DNA of 61,533 nucleotides, counting the filler. It is 9 parts of 9 records of this genome, joined end to end, with 100 filler letters (N's around TTAATTAATTAA, not from the genome) between each part and the next. Parts side by side here need not be neighbours in the genome. Positions count along the whole stretch, not along the records: positions 46,455 to 49,972 come from SRR7504441_1197; positions 50,073 to 56,805 come from SRR7504441_1198; positions 56,906 to 61,533 come from SRR7504441_1199; 6 more parts are not named here. One strand, written 5' to 3'. This document shows positions 46,543-56,977 of this stretch, one piece after another. Both the position numbers and the translations under genes were made by a program. The notes under the pieces were generated by a model. That model was not told the origin of the DNA, did not search any database, and saw only the letters and a list, made by a program, of their open reading frames with translations. Position 1 is the first letter of the stretch. Each line of letters begins with the position of its first letter.

Positions 46543-47567
46543 TTAGCTTGGGATATAACTATCCATTGAGGACATGGCAACAATTGAATTGCCCTCGTAC
46601 AATACATTGTTGTACTCGTATGACAGTATCAACTGCCCATCTTGTATGCAAACATTTCCCTTTGACACGTGGCTAGCTCTAGGTTGACCTGAGAACAAAG
46701 TTAGCATTCGTACATCTCCGATCTGGGTTCTAACCAGCTTAAATTCCTTGCGTAGGTCTGAACTCGCCTCCACCTCTCGCTGCAATCCCAGTTGTGAGAC
46801 GGGCCATTATGGGTCACACCTCGAGCAACTCTTTCACCTGCTCGACCTCCTTTTCACTAGCCTCTAATTTTGCTTTCAGCTCCCGCCTCTCTAGCTGCAG
46901 AGCCTAGATGAACACGAGGCATAGGGGAAGTTGAGCACCAATATGAGCCCAATCTCAGCTTCCATCTTTGCCTGCTGCTCAGCCTTGTCCTGGATCGTCT
47001 TCTCTCTCTCGGCCACTGCTGAGTCTCTTTCAGACCGCAGCTCTGCGACTAGTACCTGCGCGGGAGCAGCTCAGGATCAGGCAGGCTCGAGGCGCACCTG
47101 CGTCTCAGTGAGCTGCTTGCTCATTTCCTGAAGCACTGCAGCTGCATTCTCCACCATAGGAGGGGCATCACTGGAGCCAGCCCCAATCCCGTCCACCTCA
47201 TCACCTGCTGCACCAGAATCACGCTGCGCCGTCACCGCTAAATAATATTGACCATGCAGCTCTGGCTCATCGCCTGCCAGCTCATTTTCATCATCATTAT
47301 CGCAACCGCTGAACGCCCAGTTTTCGAGCCAGCTGCCGGATTGGCTCTCAGCCAATCGCAGCACCAACCGGCGCACCTGAGCAGCAGGCGCTTCTCGAAA
47401 GCCCCATGCACTGCGAACGCCACCAGGTCCAGCAGAATCTTGGCTGCCTGAGGCCGGTGAGTGGCAGGGCTGGTCAGCTCCACCTTCTCGTTCTCCGCCA
47501 AGGGCTGGTTGGCCTGAGAAAAGCTCTCCAGCTTCTTGCGCTTCATTGCCGCAAGTTTGGAGGACAT
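46543..47567 (-). CDS. Hypothetical coiled-coil protein, multi-exon; 3' end uncertain
   Basis: ATG at 47567 (MSSKLAAMKRKK). Several GT-AG introns of about 40 nt link E/K/Q-rich exons. Confidence 0.5.
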
Positions 47568-47637
47568 TGTGCTCCGCCTACAGCTCCGACTCCCACCACC
47601 TGACCAACTTTTTCTTTCGGTGGCCCCAGCAGGCAGC

Positions 47638-48678
47638 ATGTCCGAAGCCGAGTTCCAGGCCTGGGTTCGACGGCACCGGCCGGGGTCGGCTCCCCGCCTC
47701 GCGGCCACGTATTACCAGCCACCCGCGCGCTCCCGCTCCCCCCCGCGCCGCTCGCCGCCCCGCTCCCGACCGCCGCCCCGCCGCCCCGCCGCCAGGAGTG
47801 GGCCCGGTCGCGCGGCCCGGGGGGTGGCCTCTGCCGGGCTGCTGCGTGCGGCCGACCAGCAGGACTGGGAGAGGCTGCATGAGCTGCTGGCTGAGGGCGC
47901 AGACCCCAACCAGCGCGACTCGCCGGCCATGCAGAGCGGGACAGCGCTGCACAAGGCGGCCTGGCACGGGGCCTCGGAGGCCGTGGCGCTGCTCTGCGCG
48001 CACCGAGCTGATCCGAACGCAGTGGACGACAGAGGCGCCTCGCCGTTGCACGCAGCAGCAGCTCGGGGTAAGGTCGTGGCCGCAGAGACCCTGCTGGCTG
48101 CAGGGGCCTGTGCGACCATTCTGGATAATGCGGGAGAGACGGCATGGTCGCTGGCGAGAGCTCTCGGCGAGAGGCGGGTGGCCGAGCTGCTGGCGCGTCA
48201 ATCTGGGCACGAGATGGGCGAGCCGGGGGTGCCGGGGGTGCCCGAGCTCGGGAGTTCATCTGCAGTGTGGGGGCACCAAATGAGGGAGCGGGACCTTGCT
48301 GGGCTCGAGGAGGAACTTTTGGAGAGAGTCAAACAAGGAATATTGGAATCGCGGCATGCAAGGGAGCAGCTTGAACGATCAGCAGCAAGCTCCCCCGCGC
48401 TGAGGGAGACGCCCCTACTTAGGTCGGCGCTAGCTCGGCCTGAGCTGGTAAGCTCCACTCCTGCAGGCCTAGGTGCACCACCGCTTTCAAAGGGTCCGAC
48501 AGATCCCTACTTGGCTGCCGGGCTGGCGCAAATCGGATTAAGTGAGCTGCTTCCAACATTTGAAGCAGAGCGCGTGACTGTGGCGACTCTAAGGTCAATG
48601 ACGAAGACAGATCTGAGATCAATGGGGCTCCCCATGGGTGCGTGTGTCACGATTCATGCATGGGCACAAACTATTTGA
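47638..48678 (+). CDS. Ankyrin-repeat and SAM-domain protein
   Basis: Ankyrin motifs GTALHKAA, GASPLHAAA and GETAWSLA. C-terminal SAM-like LAQIGLSELLPTFEAERV...DLRSMGLPMG. Confidence 0.85.
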   Translation: MSEAEFQAWVRRHRPGSAPRLAATYYQPPARSRSPPRRSPPRSRPPPRRPAARSGPGRAARGVASAGLLRAADQQDWERLHELLAEGADPNQRDSPAMQSGTALHKAAWHGASEAVALLCAHRADPNAVDDRGASPLHAAAARGKVVAAETLLAAGACATILDNAGETAWSLARALGERRVAELLARQSGHEMGEPGVPGVPELGSSSAVWGHQMRERDLAGLEEELLERVKQGILESRHAREQLERSAASSPALRETPLLRSALARPELVSSTPAGLGAPPLSKGPTDPYLAAGLAQIGLSELLPTFEAERVTVATLRSMTKTDLRSMGLPMGACVTIHAWAQTI

Positions 48679-48828
48679 TCAATTGTATAATCAATTACAT
48701 AGTATACTCATAAATATGCACAATAACTGTTAGCAATAACCATTGAATTTTCATTTAGAGACACTGGTAAGGATCTCAAGGCTTGATTAAGGCGCCACAA
48801 TCAAAAGCTTATACTCGTAATTGTGTAA

Positions 48829-49972
48829 TCAGCGCTTCTTGAATTCTCGGAACTTAGCAATCTCTAACCGGCACAAGGCTCGCCCAGCAGCTGGAGATGG
48901 CCGTGATGCAACCCGTGTGTGAGCTATCGTCTTGACTGCTGCCATCAATTCTTCCCCCGAGCCGTAGCTGGACTGTGCAAGCCGAGAGGTTGCTTTATGA
49001 CTCGGCTTGAGGCCTTCATGAACATTCTCCTTGTCCGGCGAGGAAAGTCGCCATTTAGTACCAGCTTTGGCGGTGGTTATTGGGCAGCTGGAGCTTAGAT
49101 CACGAAATGCTGCGCTAGGTTGCTGGGGCAAACGCGCGCCCGATCTGGTTGAGCGGCAGGTGTCAGTGATGGTTTGCACCATCTCTAGCGCTCTATCCTT
49201 TTGCCACCTACTGTGTCCAGCGTGCCCCGAAGCTTTCATGTGGCCAAGCAGTGCCGAAGAGACAGCGATCCCAGAGAGTCCAAGCCCGGGCTTGAGCCAT
49301 GACTGCAATTCAGTTGAACTCAGGCCTAGTCCAGACAGTATCAGCGGGAGTTGTTTCATCCGTGAGGGGAGTGCCTTGAGCACAGCTGCTGGCCAGCTGG
49401 CAGGTGGGTATAAAAAGATTGCATCAGCACCTGAGAGATGACACTGCCAGAGCTCTGAAGGAGTAGCAGAGCCCATAAAGGCCAATAGCATCACTTCATG
49501 AGCAGACTCAATTAGTTCTCGGTTTCCTACAGGAGAGCTAACGAAGTCTATTCCGAGGTTTGCAAACTCGACAAACATGGTTGCATCCAACACATCGGCA
49601 ACACCGATCAAACAGTCTGTAGATTTGAATAGCCCAACCATCGCTTCGAGCACAGCGTTGAACTCTTTGTGCTCTATGCTGACTTGGAAAGCACGGCAAC
49701 CAGCCTCAGCAAGCACGCCACAACGGATAAGTAGCTCATCTGAGAACTCCACCCCAGCTTTGATTGTGACTATGACAGGACCTGGCTCTTGCTGAGCCCC
49801 CGGGACAGACTTGTGTGCGTTCGGGCGCATGCTAATAGGGTTGGGCCTTTCAGCTGGCTCTGGAGCAGCTGAATACGACTCCAACCATTCCTGATCCGGA
49901 TTGAAGCTGTTTGAACATCTCTGAGCATTTGTTAGCTCTCCAAGCTGAGTGCGCACCAGTCCAGCCTTGATG
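48829..49972 (-). CDS. KDPG/KHG aldolase (Eda)-like protein, probably inactive; 5' partial
   Basis: LIGVADVLD, GIDFVSSP, GSATPSE and GADAIFLYP follow the Eda pattern (IGAGTV, GAxFxVSP, GxxTPSE, GxxxxKxFP). Confidence 0.65.
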
Positions 49973-50072
49973 NNNNNNNNNNNNNNNNNNNNNNNNNNNN
50001 NNNNNNNNNNNNNNNNTTAATTAATTAANNNNNNNNNNNNNNNNNNNNNNNNNNNNNNNNNNNNNNNNNNNN
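49973..50072. other. Artificial contig linker
   Basis: N44-TTAATTAATTAA-N44. Confidence 0.98.
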
Positions 50073-52110
50073 TGAGTGGGCTGCAGGCTCAGCTGGCGGC
50101 ATTGGCTGAGCAGGCGAGCGCAGCACTGACACAGGCTCGGAGCTTTGCAGAGGCCAATGCAGCTCTGGCTCAGCAGCTCGAGGCGAAGGACGCAGAGATG
50201 AAGGAGTTGAGAACAAAGCTGGCGGAATGGGATGTAAAAGCAGCGAACTCTCAAGCCGAGCTGGCTGAGGCCAAATCGACCCTAGGTCAGGTCAGCACCG
50301 CCAAGACAGAGGTAGATGCCAGGGCGAACCAGATGAGCAGCGAAGTGGAGGCACTGAAGCAACAGCTGGAGGGCCAGCAGGCCAGGGAAGTGCAAGGGGG
50401 CGACGAGACGAGGCTGGTCAGCCTCATGACTCAGCAGGAGGCTGACCTGCAGGGCTTGCGTGGCCAGCTGGAGCTAAAGGAAACTGAGCTCAAGGAGATG
50501 AGTAGTACGGCTGAGGTCCTGATAATGCAAAGGCTGAGTGTTCTGTTTGAGAGACTGGATCGCCGAGACTGTGGCAGCATCAGCAAACAGGTCGCCTGCA
50601 GATCTGTAACGAGCTGAGTTTTGTATGTTGACCTGCAGGAGTTGTTAGATGCATACAGTGGCGAGCTACACCAGCTTTTCTCGGCATTGGGGGCTGACCA
50701 GCAGGGGCAATCGACCATAGAGGACTGGAACGCTCTGTTTGAGAAGATGAAGCTGACTCTCGACAGCAAGTCGATGCAAGAGTTTATCCTTAAGCTGGAG
50801 CAGGCTGAATCTACCCAATCGAAACAGCTGTACAAGGAGATGTGCAGTAAGCTGCAGGAGACGGAGGAGCAGGGGTCATCAAGTGAGAAGCTGGCAGCCA
50901 AAGATGCCGAGCTCAGGATGTTGCAAGCTGCAGCCGAGGAGCTCATGCAAGGCCAGGAAACGCTAAAGCAGCAGCTTCGGGACGCGTCTCTTTCATCAGC
51001 AAGGCAGCCCTCACTAGGACCAGCAAGCCCAACCCCGGATCCTCCGAGTCTCGTCTCGGCCTCGCCTGAAGCAGCTCAATCCGCCAAGCCCAGTCCGCGG
51101 CCTCAAGCAGCGCCCTCCGAGAAGCCACCGGTTGTAGTCAGACCAGCTATGACTCCTCCGAGCGCTGTGCCATCGCTAAAACTGGGCAAGTTGTGTGCTA
51201 ACCGAGCACGCTTTAGCACGCTCACCCCGGTGTCTCCGAGGGGTTGGGCCAACGCTCGTCTAAGAGCTGCAGCTGAGGCGCTGGGCTCGATTCGGCAGGA
51301 GTCGCCTCGCGCGCGTCAGCCGTTGCCTGGCCACGAGCAGGAGGTAACCAGGTCCAGGGTGCTCCAAAAGGAGGCGCACTCGAAGCTGATTGAAGACACA
51401 GTCGCGGCCGAGGCAGAAAAGCGCCGCTCTGCGGATTCTCAGCAACCGCAGCCGACCGAGGCGGCGCCTGCACCCGGGTCAGCAGCGGATATGGAGAGGC
51501 AACGATTGGCGGAGATGCTTCGGGCAGTCCGAAGTCAATCCGAGCCTGGCCCGACATCTACTGATACTGATGCAAATAAGCTCAGACAACAGAAGACCGG
51601 AGAGGCACATGTCATAGATGCGAATGTGCCCAAGGCTGCCCACAGTGTCGAGCGAAGCCATGAGCCGCGCGTGTTGATGGAAGACATCATGAATGAACGG
51701 AGAGCTGCCAAACAAGCACAGCTGATTAGCGCCACCGTCGAAGCTGAGGCACAGCTGCGGCGGCGCGGCGACAGCAACATGAACGTGGCTGATCCGCACC
51801 CCATCATAAAGCCCTTCCCGCACAACTTAGCCCAGCTTGCCGATCGAGAGGGAGGCCTCGAGGTGATGCAACTTGCGGGTCTAGGGGCTGATGGAACGGT
51901 TTGCAGGACCCAGCTGTCGCAAGCTGGCTGAAACAGGCCATCCCGCCGAGGCACACACGATCCTACCCCATATCGCAACAGCTCGAGCAGAGCATGCGAG
52001 AGTACACCAGACCCGGGGAAGCTGTGCATGCAGATCCACTGCCCTTCACACCCGCCGGGATGGCAGGTAATGTACGGTCTTTGCTTCTCAAACCACCGGG
52101 CATTAGCTAG
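50073..52110 (+). CDS. Coiled-coil protein with degenerate EF-hand pair; 5' partial (introns 50591-50638, 51863-51906)
   Basis: Splicing restores DRRDCGSISKQE, and the frames join across both GT-AG introns. Confidence 0.6.
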
Positions 52111-52275
52111 CTACATGTACCGATCCTGCATGTAGGGCATAATTGAAACATAATAAAAATAACAACGATTACTTACTCGGAAGAGAGCACGGAATCTAAA
52201 CACTTACCGCAGTACTTAGAGAGTAAAGTAAGAGCGGCCCCGTCTTTATACAGTATACGTACATGCATACAAATA

Positions 52276-52291
52276 CTAACCCTAACCCTAA
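52276..52291. repeat. Short interstitial telomere-like (CCCTAA) motif
   Basis: CTAACCCTAACCCTAA in a convergent intergenic spacer. Confidence 0.5.
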
Positions 52292-52333
52292 ATTCAATGT
52301 CATGTACTGATCTATTGGATATACGCAGTAGTA

Positions 52334-53971
52334 TTATTGGGCAGGGGGGTCGTTCGGTGCCGGTCCGGGAACCCGATTCTGTTGTGCGGCTATGATCCTC
52401 GCCAGGCCAGCCTCCCAGCCTTTGAGTCCATCCTCTCCTCGTGCTGGTGCAGGCTGCAAGCCGCCGTGTCCGCCGATCCCCACAATTGAAGCCTGGTCAA
52501 ACTCCTTAAGTGCCCTCATGGCTTCCCACTGGGCTTCGCCTGCCATGTACAGCACCTCGAACTCACTGTCCTGCCCTGAACACCCCGGTGGGTCGCTGCA
52601 CCAGATATGCTGCTGGTGGTCAGGCATCCGAGCCAGATATTGCTCCAAGCTTGACAGCTTCCCTTGTATGCTCGATTCGAAGAGCATGAGCCGGGCTAGT
52701 TTGGTCCTGTTGGAGCTGTCGTGGGTCACTCCATAAGCGATCAAGTCCCCGAAATTACGCCAGAGCTGGACATGGGCTTCGTGATCTTCGGCCAGAGCTA
52801 GCAGCATCAGAATGCTCCTCCTGGCAAGCTGCCTCTTGACCACTTTGCAGATCTTGGAACCACTTTGCAGATCTTGCAGATCTAAGTCGGCACTATCAAC
52901 AACCCCTTGGATGAACGACAAGTGATACGGCAGCATCTCGAGGTCTGCAGCGTCCGAATGGAATTTGCAATCTAAGTAGAGCCGCAGCCCTTTCGTTAAG
53001 GAGCGCGGGCGTAAAGCAGGGCAAAACAGCAAAATGTACAGTTCGATTTGACCATTAACAGCGATGTGTTTGGTACTCGACGGCCTGGAAGGGTGCGTCA
53101 CCAGCCAGGGCATGACGAAATGCGACCAAACCCGGGAGCACATTCTGCCACTGACGGTAAGCTGATCACCTAATCGGAGCAGCCACGCGGCTTTTCGTCG
53201 CAAACTGGGACTGTATTCAAGGTCTGTTTCAGGCGACCAGCCATCGTGGGCTTCGGCCTCAAACGTGGCCCTGTAGTACTCCAGATATTCCTCTGGAGAC
53301 ACCTCGGCCGGCTCCCTCCGCCAGATCGGCTCCAACGTGCGCCCCTCAACCCAGCACGGCTCAGCCCCATCTGAATCCGTCCACAGCCGCACGCTATGTG
53401 CACCCGGCCTGCCGGTGCGGTGCATTTCGACCGCCCGCTGGAGCATCGCCGGCTGCAGGAACCCTTCGCACCCGGGCCGGAGCTGCAGCACCACCACCGT
53501 CCCCCGCCCCAGGCTAATCCTCTCGAAACCGGGCACAGGCCCCGCCGGCCCTGAAGTCAGGTCCGCGCCCGACACGCCGTCCGAGGCCAGCACGGCCTGC
53601 TCGAGCTCCCCATCCCCCCGCGAGTAGACCTCCAACCAATCAGCCAGGGCGAACGCCGTGGGGAATCCCAGGTTGTGGAAGTGGCTGTCGGGTGCGGCCG
53701 GGTCGCTCAGCAGGATCTGTCCCCACTTGTTCGGTCTGCTGACCAGCTGGTGCAGCGCTGTTAGGTCCATCCCGCATCCGCAATCCTGCACCGCCAGCCG
53801 GCCGCCCGACACGTGCAGCTCGACCCCGTTGAGGGACTGCTGCCCGCGCCACTGCTGTCGGTCGAGCGCCGCGTCGCAGTTGGAGAGGAGCTCGGCCAGC
53901 GCCTGCTCAGGCGGCACAGCCTGGCGGATCCGCGCGATGAGCGCTACCGTGTCCGGATGGAGCACCGGCAT
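52334..53971 (-). CDS. Divergent Hsp90-like protein (ATPase and middle domains; no C-terminal dimerisation domain)
   Basis: AELLSN, DCGCGM, RGT, PIWRREPAEVSPEEYLEYY, FIQGVVDS, HDSSNRTKLARL and SLEQYLARM. Confidence 0.8.
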   Translation of the reverse strand: MPVLHPDTVALIARIRQAVPPEQALAELLSNCDAALDRQQWRGQQSLNGVELHVSGGRLAVQDCGCGMDLTALHQLVSRPNKWGQILLSDPAAPDSHFHNLGFPTAFALADWLEVYSRGDGELEQAVLASDGVSGADLTSGPAGPVPGFERISLGRGTVVVLQLRPGCEGFLQPAMLQRAVEMHRTGRPGAHSVRLWTDSDGAEPCWVEGRTLEPIWRREPAEVSPEEYLEYYRATFEAEAHDGWSPETDLEYSPSLRRKAAWLLRLGDQLTVSGRMCSRVWSHFVMPWLVTHPSRPSSTKHIAVNGQIELYILLFCPALRPRSLTKGLRLYLDCKFHSDAADLEMLPYHLSFIQGVVDSADLDLQDLQSGSKICKVVKRQLARRSILMLLALAEDHEAHVQLWRNFGDLIAYGVTHDSSNRTKLARLMLFESSIQGKLSSLEQYLARMPDHQQHIWCSDPPGCSGQDSEFEVLYMAGEAQWEAMRALKEFDQASIVGIGGHGGLQPAPARGEDGLKGWEAGLARIIAAQQNRVPGPAPNDPPAQ

Positions 53972-54049
53972 GCCGCGAGATTCCCTCTGGTACCTGGTAG
54001 TTAACAGTAGATAATATAAAAAATGAGAAGGCCGAGGTTTCCCGGAGCA

Positions 54050-55516
54050 ATGCTGCGGACAATCACAGTGGCGCTCCTGTTGTCGGCGCTGTTTGGCACG
54101 GTGGCCGCCGGCCGCGGGGACGACCTCGCGGCGCTCAAGCGCGACCTAGCGGCGATCGTCGACGCCCGGGCTGAGCACTACAACTGCAGCTTCTCCATCG
54201 CCGTCCGCACCCCGGGGCTGGGCGACAGGTCGCTGGCCATTGGGTCGGCCGGGACCACTCCGGGCTCCCGGTACGCTTGGGGCTCCATAACCAAGATGTG
54301 GACGGGCGCCCACGTGATGCAGAAAGTGGCCCAAGGCAAGCTGGACTTGCATCAACCGGCGGCCCCGCTGGTGGATGCGCAGTTGGCCGCTATGCGGAAG
54401 GCCGGCTTCCCGGGGATGGACAAGTTCGCGCGGCTCAAGGATCTGTATGGGGAGCAAGTGGCCCAAGTGACGCTGCACGACCTGCTCGCGATGCAATCCG
54501 GCATCCCGGACTTTGATACGGTGCCCGGCCGCTCAGCGGTTGGCTGACGACCCAGGCGGCAGGCCAACCCGAGCCGGACCGGGAAAGATCTCGACCCGTT
54601 CAGGGCCACAGTGTACGCCAACCCGACGCGGAACTTCCTGGAACCCACCCTGATGTCCGAGCCCTGGGTGGCGACCGGCAACCTGAGCGGGTGTGAGGGC
54701 GACCCCGGCTGCCCAGGGAGTGGTTTCCACTGTGAGCTTACGCCCGATGGCGCTGAGCCGGCTGGGCAGACTCGTCCACCAACTTTGGGTTGCTCGGATT
54801 GATTCTTTCAGGGATGGCGGGGCAGCCGGATTACCGCAAGCTCAACCAGTGCCTTTGCTGTCCTGCCTGGCCTGAGGTTTGGTGGCAGGTCCACATTTAT
54901 TCCGGAACAGTATGCGTACCTGGCCGACCAGATCAGCTGGGCCGTGGCTGGCTCCCCGCGAGAGCACAAAGTCGTGCCCGGGTTCGACCGCACCGACTAC
55001 AACGGCCAGGATCCCAAACGAGACCCCGCGGGCGTCCCTGTGGTAGACGTGGCTGGGGTCTTTGCAGGCTACTCGGCAGCCGACTTCGTGGGCTCGGCTT
55101 CAGCAGTGGCGGACCTTGGATATGCACTGTGGGGCAAATCGAGCGAGCTGGTGCCGGAAAAATTCCGGGATCTCATGGTCCCAAATTTGACTTCGCACGA
55201 CTTCCGAAACGCGTTTTATGGCCTGGCAGCACAGAACGTTGGCCTCATGGGGGTGACTGGCGACAAGGGCGAGGCTGGCGTGGCGTACGGGCATCTCGGA
55301 GCAACGTACGGCTATGACTCGATTTTTGGGTACAATCCGACACTGGATCTTGGGATTGCGATCGCGACCAATATTGAGACCTCGAGCCAGACACAGCCGG
55401 CGGACGCTTTTTGCAGGGTGTTCAATCGGGTGAAGAACTACATCAACAAGGAGCGGGTGCAAGTCTGTGTGTATACCACCTATGGATACTACGGCGGGCA
55501 ATGCGTCTGCAAGTGA
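54050..55516 (+). CDS. Secreted serine beta-lactamase/PBP-like hydrolase (introns 54521-54562, 54732-54769, 54849-54888)
   Basis: Signal peptide, SxxK in GSITKM, LLAMQSGI, HYSSTNF (restored by splicing) and GHLGATYGY. The spliced length is 1347 nt. Confidence 0.85.
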
Positions 55517-55800
55517 TTCGGGGTACATGACATTGTAAGTGATTTCACCGGGTACGAGTATTCACCGGGTAGCATCGATCGCGATACGATCGCGGATTAG
55601 AGCTCGAACTCTATTGTACTTTTAGCTACGGTTGCGTTGTGAAGTGAGGTAATCGTTGATGTTTAAATCCTAACTAGTATAGCTTTCGGGGCCTTGGTGC
55701 ATCATTGAGTGAGACAAATCATGGTAAAATCATGGTCCGGTCATTGTGTTGTCTCGGCAATCAGAAGCCCAAGTACATACAATAAACATGATTGACTAGA

Positions 55801-56711
55801 TCAATCGAACGGATTTGCTCTTCCAGTCGCCGAGTTCAGAGACTCTATGCCCCTTGCATAGATGTCTGACCGCACCCCGGCGTTCTCGTTGTACTTGTTC
55901 TTTCCAGGGCCATTCATTTGGCTACCCATGTCTGGCCGGCTTCGGCTGTACAGCGCACGGGTGTTGTGCAGACGTTTCATAGTGCTCTTCTTCTCCGAAG
56001 GCTTGAGTCCCTGCTCGACCGCAACGATCCAGGTCTTACCTGCACACGCGTTACCACTGGCACGAATGCGTTGTCGTGCCTTTCTCTCGGAAAAACCCTT
56101 TCTCGCCAGCACCTCGCTGGACTCCACGGGCAGTAGGGGCACCCCAGCCCCCGGTGCCCACTGAGCCTATCAGCTTGACCTCCGGCAGATCATCATCCCG
56201 CTGGATCTTTGGAGGCGGCTTCTCCTCGGGCGCCTTCCGGCCGCCCTTGGTGTATCGTGCACCGAGCGTTTCATGTGCCCTCACAACCTGTCGACTGCTC
56301 AGCCCGGTACACCTAGCCGGCGAACGCACATTCCCGCGGGCGCCGGCAGACGAGAGGTAGCTCAGCAGAGTGGGCTGCTCGTGCAGCGAGTAGGAGGTGG
56401 CATCGAGTGCGTCGATACGTCGACCAGGGGTCTCCGACACCTCGCTGCCTGCGTACCACGAGCTGCCACGCTTCGTTCAGGCCCGGCCGGCCTCTCTCAG
56501 CTCACCCAGATGTGGTCTCGAACCCCGCCGTCGACTGAAGCATCGTGGAGGCGAAGGTGACCCCGGTGCACCCCAGCTGGCCGTATCCGGAGCTGGCGGA
56601 GGTCCGGGGCCGAAGCAATGAGATACGGGGCACCGGCGTCTGATCGGCCTCGTCCGGGTCACCCCGGCGGCGCCGCTCCTTGTCCTTCCGCTTCTTCTGG
56701 TGCAGCGTCAT
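55801..56711 (-). CDS. Hypothetical basic protein, multi-exon (probable GC-AG intron 56040-56079)
   Basis: ORF pieces can be joined by introns of about 40 nt. No family recognised. Confidence 0.45.
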
Positions 56712-56805
56712 GGTGGCGCTCCCGTCTGCGGCACCCGTCTGCGGCCGGCCGCTGTCGCTGCGACACCGGTGAGCGGCTGCGGCTGCTGCAAAGGTACCTG
56801 GCGTA

Positions 56806-56905
56806 NNNNNNNNNNNNNNNNNNNNNNNNNNNNNNNNNNNNNNNNNNNNTTAATTAATTAANNNNNNNNNNNNNNNNNNNNNNNNNNNNNNNNNNNNNNN
56901 NNNNN
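56806..56905. other. Artificial contig linker
   Basis: N44-TTAATTAATTAA-N44. Confidence 0.98.
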
Positions 56906-56977
56906 ATGTACACAAAAAGAAAGCCACAAAAAAAAATCCACCAATCAGGGTGCACGTTGGAATAAATTCTGAGCCAG

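Noticed and set aside
46543-47567. XRCC4-like identity for the coiled-coil gene
   Set aside because: The resemblance rests on ILVLN, which probably spans an intron donor; there is no other support.
15218-56905. TTAATTAATTAA flanked by N runs, occurring eight times
   Set aside because: Identical 100-bp cassettes with stops in all six frames are artificial contig joins, so synteny across them was not interpreted.
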